Positions 1-4,179 of a stretch of DNA of 5,466 bases are shown piece by piece. This DNA is from a virus (lineage: Duplodnaviria; Heunggongvirae; Uroviricota; Caudoviricetes). A model generated the notes under the pieces. That model saw only the letters and a list, made by a program, of their open reading frames with translations. It searched no databases and was not told the origin of the DNA. Positions within the stretch are counted from its first letter, which is position 1. Every line of letters starts with the position of its first letter. The stretch covers positions 1-5,466 of IMG/VR virus record IMGVR_UViG_2675903538_000015; one strand, 5' to 3'. Position numbers and translations under genes: made by a program.

Positions 1-321
1 GAAGCGTATTGCCAGGACATTCCCGCGCCACTGAAACGCCTTCTTCCTGACTATAAACGGATGGAAGAAAAAATAGACGCCGTAATCCGTGAGAAATACG
101 GGTTACCCCCAGTTATGAGTACACCCGTGAAATATGCCGATCTCATCATGCTGGCAACCGAACGCCGCGATCTCGGGCTTGATGATGGCTCTTTCTGGCC
201 TGTACTGGAAGGTATCCCGGCAACAGAGATGTTCAACGTGATTCCACTGGCTCCGGGCCATGCCTACGGGATGTTTATGGAACGTTTTAACGAGTTATCG
301 GAGTTACGCAAATGCGCATGA
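1..321 (+). CDS. Hypothetical prophage early-region protein, 5'-truncated by the window edge (C-terminal fragment)
   Basis: Frame 1 is open from base 1 with no stop until TGA at 319-321, so the gene starts upstream of the window; the ATG at 61 is probably internal. Stop overlaps the next gene's start region. No confident family assignment from sequence alone. Confidence 0.55.
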   Translation, partial: EAYCQDIPAPLKRLLPDYKRMEEKIDAVIREKYGLPPVMSTPVKYADLIMLATERRDLGLDDGSFWPVLEGIPATEMFNVIPLAPGHAYGMFMERFNELSELRKCA

Positions 322-662
322 ATGTTTTCGAAATGGAAGGGTTTCTTCGCGGGAAATGTGTACCACGAGATCTGAAAGTGAATGAAACAAATGCTGAGTA
401 TCTGGTGCGTAAATTCGATGAAGTACGTGCTGAGGCTCGCAACGAGGGTATTAACTATACCGCAAGCCGTCTTGCTGCGGCTTTCAATCACGGATTTATC
501 AATAAGTCTTTACGTGAAGTTTTCGACGTTACACGCATGATTCTGTCAGCGAAAGAAGAGTTGGCTAATGAACCACACCCGATTGATGGCCTGTCCGGTG
601 AATATGCGGAGAAATCCCTAGAAGAATGGGCGGAACAGCTTCGCAAAGGAGGCAACCAGTGA
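312..662 (+). CDS. Hypothetical phage protein (116 aa), function unknown
   Basis: ORF with ATG at 312 (alternative ATG at 318 forms an ATGA overlap with the upstream stop at 319-321); GGAG at 300-303 upstream. Stop TGA 660-662 overlaps the GTG start of the next gene. Acidic, helical-looking sequence; no recognisable catalytic motif. Confidence 0.6.
   Translation: MRMNVFEMEGFLRGKCVPRDLKVNETNAEYLVRKFDEVRAEARNEGINYTASRLAAAFNHGFINKSLREVFDVTRMILSAKEELANEPHPIDGLSGEYAEKSLEEWAEQLRKGGNQ
645..652 (+). promoter_or_regulatory. Shine-Dalgarno (AAAGGAGG) for the Ea22-like gene
   Basis: Near-consensus SD 6 nt upstream of GTG at 659-661; lies inside the 3' end of the upstream CDS, consistent with translational coupling. 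Confidence 0.6.
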
Positions 663-1357
663 GCGAGATTAACTATCAGGCTCTGCGACTGGCGGCAGAA
701 AATGCAACACCAGGCGAATGGTGTGCTGATGACTACCATGGAGTAATTGCCGATGCCGGACTGAACGCCAATTACTACATAGCATCATGCTCAGGACCGG
801 ATAATCGCTCCAATAAACGATTCATAGCCGCAGCCAATCCGGCTACCGTGCTGGCACTGCTGGATGAGAACGAAAGCATGTGCCGCGACCTCATTGCTCG
901 CAATGGTGAGATTGAAGGGCTTCGAAAACTGGTTGCTGAACTTGAGGAGACAAAATCAAAACTCAACGAGCAGCGTGAATATTACGAAGGTGTTATCTCG
1001 GATGGAAGTAAGCGTATTGCTGAACTGGAGAAAAGCGAAGAGCAACTCATCAGCGAGCGAGATCATGCTGAGTCTGCTTTAGCTGATATGTATTTTGCAG
1101 CAACCGGGGATAGGCCGGAGTGGAGCAACTTGTTCGGCTTTTCAGATGCTGTAGATGCCGTGGTTGACAGAATTGCTGATTTAGAAGCTAAACAGCCATC
1201 GCCAGTAGTACCGGAAGGACTGATTAAAGCGGTGCGTTTTTATGAACAGGTAAAACGTGAGAACCCGCCAGTCGAAACAGGGGCATGGAAAGACGCTGTT
1301 GACTGGGTGCTCAAAGAGGCTTGCCAGGCTGTAAACATTGGCATCAAAGGAGAGTGA
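659..1357 (+). CDS. ead/Ea22-like family prophage protein with central coiled-coil
   Basis: Translation from GTG 659 begins (V/M)SEINYQALRLAAENATPGEW and contains FIAAANPATVLALLDE, a pattern I recognise from lambdoid ead/Ea22-like proteins, followed by a Glu/Leu/Lys-rich heptad-like segment (LRKLVAELEETKSKLNEQREYYEG...ELEKSEEQLISERD). The six-frame track starts at ATG 626 in the same frame, but GTG 659 has the much better SD. Ends TGA 1355-1357. Confidence 0.7.
   Translation: MSEINYQALRLAAENATPGEWCADDYHGVIADAGLNANYYIASCSGPDNRSNKRFIAAANPATVLALLDENESMCRDLIARNGEIEGLRKLVAELEETKSKLNEQREYYEGVISDGSKRIAELEKSEEQLISERDHAESALADMYFAATGDRPEWSNLFGFSDAVDAVVDRIADLEAKQPSPVVPEGLIKAVRFYEQVKRENPPVETGAWKDAVDWVLKEACQAVNIGIKGE
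1341..1357 (+). repeat. 17-bp direct repeat copy 1 (GCATCAAAGGAGAGTGA) at a gene junction
   Basis: Exact 17-mer identical to 1835-1851. It encodes the C-terminal -IKGE* of the Ea22-like protein and contains the SD (AGGAG) for the downstream gene. Confidence 0.85.
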
Positions 1358-1359
1358 GA

Positions 1360-1851
1360 ATGCAAATTTCACCGGTTACTCTTCGTGTTGCGAAGGCGTT
1401 TATATCCAGACATCACCGACACAATAAACCACCTGTTGGGCATAAATTCAGCATTGGTCTGATAAATGATGCCGGAGAATTGATAGGTGTGGCGACAGCT
1501 GGTCGACCTGTTGCACGACATTTGGACGATGGATTAACGCTTGAAGTAAATCGCACATGTACCACAGGAGAACGCAACGCTAACAGCGCGCTTTATGGTG
1601 CTGTCTGGCGGGCAGCAAAGGCTATGGGTTATCAACGTTGTATTACGTACACCCAGGCAGATGAATCAGGAGCATCTCTTCGCGCTGCTGGTTTTGTTCG
1701 TGTGAAAGAGCTTCCTCCAAGAAAAAGCTGGGCGGAATCAAGCGTCGCCCTGCGGAGTAAACGCGATCCGGTCGGAAACGGTGGTATTCCTCGTGTGCTC
1801 TGGGAAATCAGGAGAATGAGTACCACTGGCATTCGCATCAAAGGAGAGTGA
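1360..1851 (+). CDS. Hypothetical protein (163 aa) with GNAT-like acyltransferase-fold features; function unknown
   Basis: ATG at 1360, 7 nt after GGAG at 1349-1352; the track's 1321 start is an in-frame upstream TTG inside the preceding gene. The C-terminal half (NANSALYGAVWRAAKAMGYQRCITYTQADESGASLRAAGFVRV) resembles the GNAT motif A/B region (small-residue loop, then ...LY...GF). The N-terminus carries a basic His-rich patch (ISRHHRHNKPP). Ends -IKGE*, TGA 1849-1851. Confidence 0.65.
   Translation: MQISPVTLRVAKAFISRHHRHNKPPVGHKFSIGLINDAGELIGVATAGRPVARHLDDGLTLEVNRTCTTGERNANSALYGAVWRAAKAMGYQRCITYTQADESGASLRAAGFVRVKELPPRKSWAESSVALRSKRDPVGNGGIPRVLWEIRRMSTTGIRIKGE
1835..1851 (+). repeat. 17-bp direct repeat copy 2 (GCATCAAAGGAGAGTGA) at a gene junction
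   Basis: Exact copy of 1341-1357; again encodes C-terminal -IKGE* and the SD for the following gene (ATG 1853). Confidence 0.85.
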
Positions 1852-1852
1852 T

Positions 1853-2368
1853 ATGGCGTTAACACACCACGAACTCTGTCAGATTGCGTACAAGTTCCTT
1901 AAGCGCAACGGGTTCAAGGTTTGCTTTCATGACCGCTTTGTTGCTGTAACCAGTACCGGAGAACAGCCAGATGCTATGGGATTCAGAAATTCAGCATCAT
2001 GCCTGATAGAGGCGAAGTGTTCTCGTGCTGACTTGTTGGCAGATAGAAAAAAGCGTTTCCGTAAAAATCCCTCACTTGGCATGGGCGACTGGCGATTCTT
2101 TATTAGTGAGCCGGAAATTATTTCAGTTGAGGATTTACCTCCCGGCTGGGGATTACTTCACGTTGTTAACGGAAGAGTACGGAAAGTACATGGATGGCCC
2201 AGGGGTAATTGCTGTTGGGGTAATCCTGACGATAAGCCATTTACCGGGAATAAGCAGGTTGAATGCGATTACATGTTATCTGCATTAAGGCGCATGGAGC
2301 TAAGAGGACACCTTAATGAAATATATGACGGTGTAATTGTTAATAAGAAAGAAGGAAACGCAGCATGA
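1853..2368 (+). CDS. Putative PD-(D/E)xK nuclease-fold protein (171 aa)
   Basis: ATG 1853 is 6 nt after GGAG 1843-1846. The translation contains ...TGEQPDAMGFRNSASCLIEAKCSRADL..., i.e. an acidic residue, then PD, then about 12 residues, then E-A-K. This matches the spacing of the restriction-endonuclease-like PD-(D/E)xK core. Stop TGA 2366-2368 overlaps the next ATG (ATGA). Confidence 0.6.
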   Translation: MALTHHELCQIAYKFLKRNGFKVCFHDRFVAVTSTGEQPDAMGFRNSASCLIEAKCSRADLLADRKKRFRKNPSLGMGDWRFFISEPEIISVEDLPPGWGLLHVVNGRVRKVHGWPRGNCCWGNPDDKPFTGNKQVECDYMLSALRRMELRGHLNEIYDGVIVNKKEGNAA

Positions 2369-3408
2369 CCACTTTAACCGACAAAGAACTGATTAAAGAA
2401 ATCAGAGAGCGAATCGGCAGCCTGGACGTCCGAGACAATATTGAGCGTCGGGCTTATGAAATTGCTCTGGAATCGCTGGAAGCAGAACCAGTTGCTTATA
2501 TTTTCAAACATCCGGCCGGGAAATTATTCTGGGCTTTAACGGATGAAAGCAATAAAGAGCAACCGGACGTTATTCCTGTTTATGCTGACTCACCTGCGCC
2601 GGTTGTGCCGGATGAAATAGACGTAAACGATGTACCAAGGGCGGTGACATATTTCAAGACACACAGAGATTGTTACGCAGATGGCTGGAACGCCTGCCGC
2701 GCCGCCATGCTTCAGTCCGGAAACTTTCGGGAAAACAAGAATTCGTCAACCAATAATTTTCGGGAAATCGCGGAAACGTCAACCAACTATCCGGTAATTC
2801 CTAGTGAGGTGTTGTCCGCAATCCGGGAGGTTGCCAAGATTCGTGCCGATTTCGATGATTTTGACGGTGACAGGCGAGGTATCGGTGATTGTCTGGATGA
2901 GGCCGAGCAAGAGCTTATCGTTACCATTAACAAATATGCCAGTCAGTTGGCAGCAGAACCGATAGCGACTAATGACGTTCGAGAGCAGCAGACAGCCGTT
3001 CCGCCAGTTCCGGAAATACAGGATGATGTCGCGCAAGCAATTGAAAATCTCAAGCAGAAGTTAGTGGAATGCAATCGCTATAACTACTGCGCAGATGCAG
3101 TTAAAGGCGTAGAGGATGCCTGCCACGCTGCCATGCTTCAGGGTAGCCAACCTGTAAGCCAAACTTACAAGTTGCCAGTTAATACACCTTGCCAAGATGC
3201 GCCAGCCCATATCTGGCTGCAAACGGCTGGAGTATGGCCAGAAGATGGCGAGTTAAGTGAATTAACGTGGTGCAGCCACAATCAGCACCATGATGACACG
3301 CTATATGTTCGAGCTGACCTTGTGAATGGCAACTCTCCGGTAACTCCGGATAGTTGGATAAGCTGTAGTGATCGAATGCCGGACGACAGGCAGGAGGTGA
3401 ATCAATGA
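2365..3408 (+). CDS. Hypothetical prophage protein (347 aa) with an internal duplicated Cys-containing motif
   Basis: ATG 2365 follows GAAGGA at 2350-2355. Two copies of a related segment occur: CYADGWNACRAAMLQ and YCADAVKGVEDACHAAMLQ, with a 22/24 nt match at 2692-2715 versus 3118-3141. A low-complexity NFRENKNSSTNNFRE linker lies around 2724-2780. The C-terminus ends ...PDSWISCSDRMPDDRQEVNQ*. Stop TGA 3406-3408. Confidence 0.7.
   Translation: MTTLTDKELIKEIRERIGSLDVRDNIERRAYEIALESLEAEPVAYIFKHPAGKLFWALTDESNKEQPDVIPVYADSPAPVVPDEIDVNDVPRAVTYFKTHRDCYADGWNACRAAMLQSGNFRENKNSSTNNFREIAETSTNYPVIPSEVLSAIREVAKIRADFDDFDGDRRGIGDCLDEAEQELIVTINKYASQLAAEPIATNDVREQQTAVPPVPEIQDDVAQAIENLKQKLVECNRYNYCADAVKGVEDACHAAMLQGSQPVSQTYKLPVNTPCQDAPAHIWLQTAGVWPEDGELSELTWCSHNQHHDDTLYVRADLVNGNSPVTPDSWISCSDRMPDDRQEVNQ
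3392..3397 (+). promoter_or_regulatory. Shine-Dalgarno (AGGAGG) for the small hydrophobic ORF
   Basis: Consensus SD 7 nt upstream of ATG 3405; embedded in the 3' end of the upstream CDS. Confidence 0.5.
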
Positions 3409-3488
3409 GCTGGCCTGATGCAATCGTAACTCTGGGGGTGGTATTCGCAGCAGCGTTTGTTGTGTTCTCGATTTGTCGATGGGGATAA
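3405..3488 (+). CDS. Small hydrophobic peptide (27 aa, MSWPDAIVTLGVVFAAAFVVFSICRWG), predicted single transmembrane helix
   Basis: Not in the ORF track because it is too short. ATG 3405 overlaps the upstream stop (ATGA) and is preceded by a perfect AGGAGG; TAA 3486-3488 lies 4 nt before the next gene's ATG. Core of about 18 uninterrupted hydrophobic residues flanked by D and R/W. Confidence 0.45.
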   Translation: MSWPDAIVTLGVVFAAAFVVFSICRWG

Positions 3489-3492
3489 CCAC

Positions 3493-3735
3493 ATGTTCGC
3501 TTTGATTCAACGCGGTCAGATATACACGGACAGAGCTGGATACCCCGTGGTGATTACTCGCATCACTGAGCACTCAGTGTTCTTTCGACGGATGGACGGA
3601 CGCTCCGGGCGGGTACGCATTGGTGAGTTAAACTGCCTGTTCGAACATATTGACCACCAGGAGTACCGCAAAATTCTCGCGGACACTGAGCAGGAAAAGC
3701 ACCTGAAAAAATTACGAGCCATAAAAAGGAAGTAA
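3493..3735 (+). CDS. Small hypothetical phage protein (80 aa), basic C-terminus
   Basis: Probable start at ATG 3493 (the track's 3457 start is an in-frame TTG upstream). Sequence MFALIQRGQIYTDRAGYPVVITRITEHSVFFRRMDGRSGRVRIGELNCLFEH... resembles small beta-rich prophage proteins found near integrases, possibly a DUF4222-like family; this is recalled, not verified. Ends TAA 3733-3735. Confidence 0.55.
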   Translation: MFALIQRGQIYTDRAGYPVVITRITEHSVFFRRMDGRSGRVRIGELNCLFEHIDHQEYRKILADTEQEKHLKKLRAIKRK

Positions 3736-3738
3736 AGA

Positions 3739-3828
3739 ATGAATAAAGCATTTGAACGATGGGTCCACCAGCGTTACGGCAATCGCTATGACCTGACGCG
3801 AGATGTTGACGGCTTCTACTGTCGTTAA
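3739..3828 (+). CDS. Possible small ORF (29 aa, MNKAFERWVHQRYGNRYDLTRDVDGFYCR), or the 5' part of a disrupted small gene
   Basis: ATG 3739 is 6 nt after AGGAAG (3727-3732). The frame stops at TAA 3826-3828, but the same frame continues for 14 more codons (VVKRMFEVWCHCRG) to TGA 3871-3873. Very short; coding status uncertain. Confidence 0.2.
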   Translation: MNKAFERWVHQRYGNRYDLTRDVDGFYCR

Positions 3829-3891
3829 GTTGTGAAGCGAATGTTTGAAGTGTGGTGCCACTGCCGTGGATGAAAATTTTATGAGGTTGGC

Positions 3892-4146
3892 ATGCAGACA
3901 ATCATCTATCAGATAACCCCCAGCAAATGGTGTACGGAGAGAGTCCTCATTGCATCAACAGGGCTAAAGCCTGGCACCATTGAGCGGGCAAGAAGAAAGT
4001 CATGGATGCAGGGAAAAGAATACCGCCATTACGCTGTAGAAGGTGATCCGGGGCACTACAGTGAATGCCTGTACAACATCGAAGAAATTATGCGATGGAT
4101 CGAAAACCAGAAACAACCAGGTGCCAAAAATGCAAGTTCCGGTTAA
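3892..4146 (+). CDS. xis: Putative excisionase / Xis-like DNA-binding protein (84 aa)
   Basis: Sits immediately upstream of the integrase in the same orientation. Small protein with Trp/Arg/Lys/Tyr-rich pattern (...SKWCTERVLIASTGLKPGTIERARRKSWMQGKEYRHYAVEG...YNIEEIMRWIEN) typical of winged-helix excisionase-like proteins. GAGG at 3884-3887 upstream of the ATG; TAA 4144-4146. Confidence 0.6.
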   Translation: MQTIIYQITPSKWCTERVLIASTGLKPGTIERARRKSWMQGKEYRHYAVEGDPGHYSECLYNIEEIMRWIENQKQPGAKNASSG

Positions 4147-4179
4147 CCTGTTAATGCTCCTGGACGTCTGGGAGGTTTA

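Noticed and set aside
51-739. Minus-strand ORFs 51..236, 264..491 and 488..739 from the six-frame track
   Set aside because: Each lies antisense to a + strand CDS that has good start context and operon coupling. Their translations are Ser/Arg/Pro-rich and low-complexity, as expected for antisense frames, and no SD or start context was seen.
775-1372. Minus-strand ORFs 775..966 and 1181..1372, and + strand nested ORF 864..1082
   Set aside because: Entirely embedded in the Ea22-like CDS in other frames, with no independent start signals and compositionally odd translations; treated as frame shadows.
1632-2288. Minus-strand ORF 1632..1865 and + strand alternative-frame ORF 2025..2288
   Set aside because: Nested within the GNAT-like and nuclease-like CDSs; no SD and no coupling, while the overlapping frames carry the recognisable motifs.
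3829-3891. Candidate sigma70 promoter upstream of xis (TTGAAG / TTGTGA hexamers)
   Set aside because: No -10-like hexamer at a 16-18 bp spacing could be identified by eye, and no lambda-style CII-type TTGC-N6-TTGC box was found in or upstream of xis. Not enough support to call.
2779-3901. Minus-strand ORFs 2779..3036, 3301..3573, 3516..3722 and 3563..3901
   Set aside because: Antisense to well-supported + strand genes. The 112-aa 3563..3901 ORF spans the intergenic gap but its translation is Ser/Gln/Pro/Arg-rich without motifs and lacks an SD. The possibility of a small antisense RNA here cannot be excluded from sequence alone.
4147-4179. Possible hairpin/terminator between xis and int (CTCCTGGACGTCTGGGAGG)
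   Set aside because: The imperfect inverted repeat centred on GACGTC has a short stem and no following U-run, and it overlaps the int SD (GGAGG). More likely just the ribosome-binding region than a terminator.
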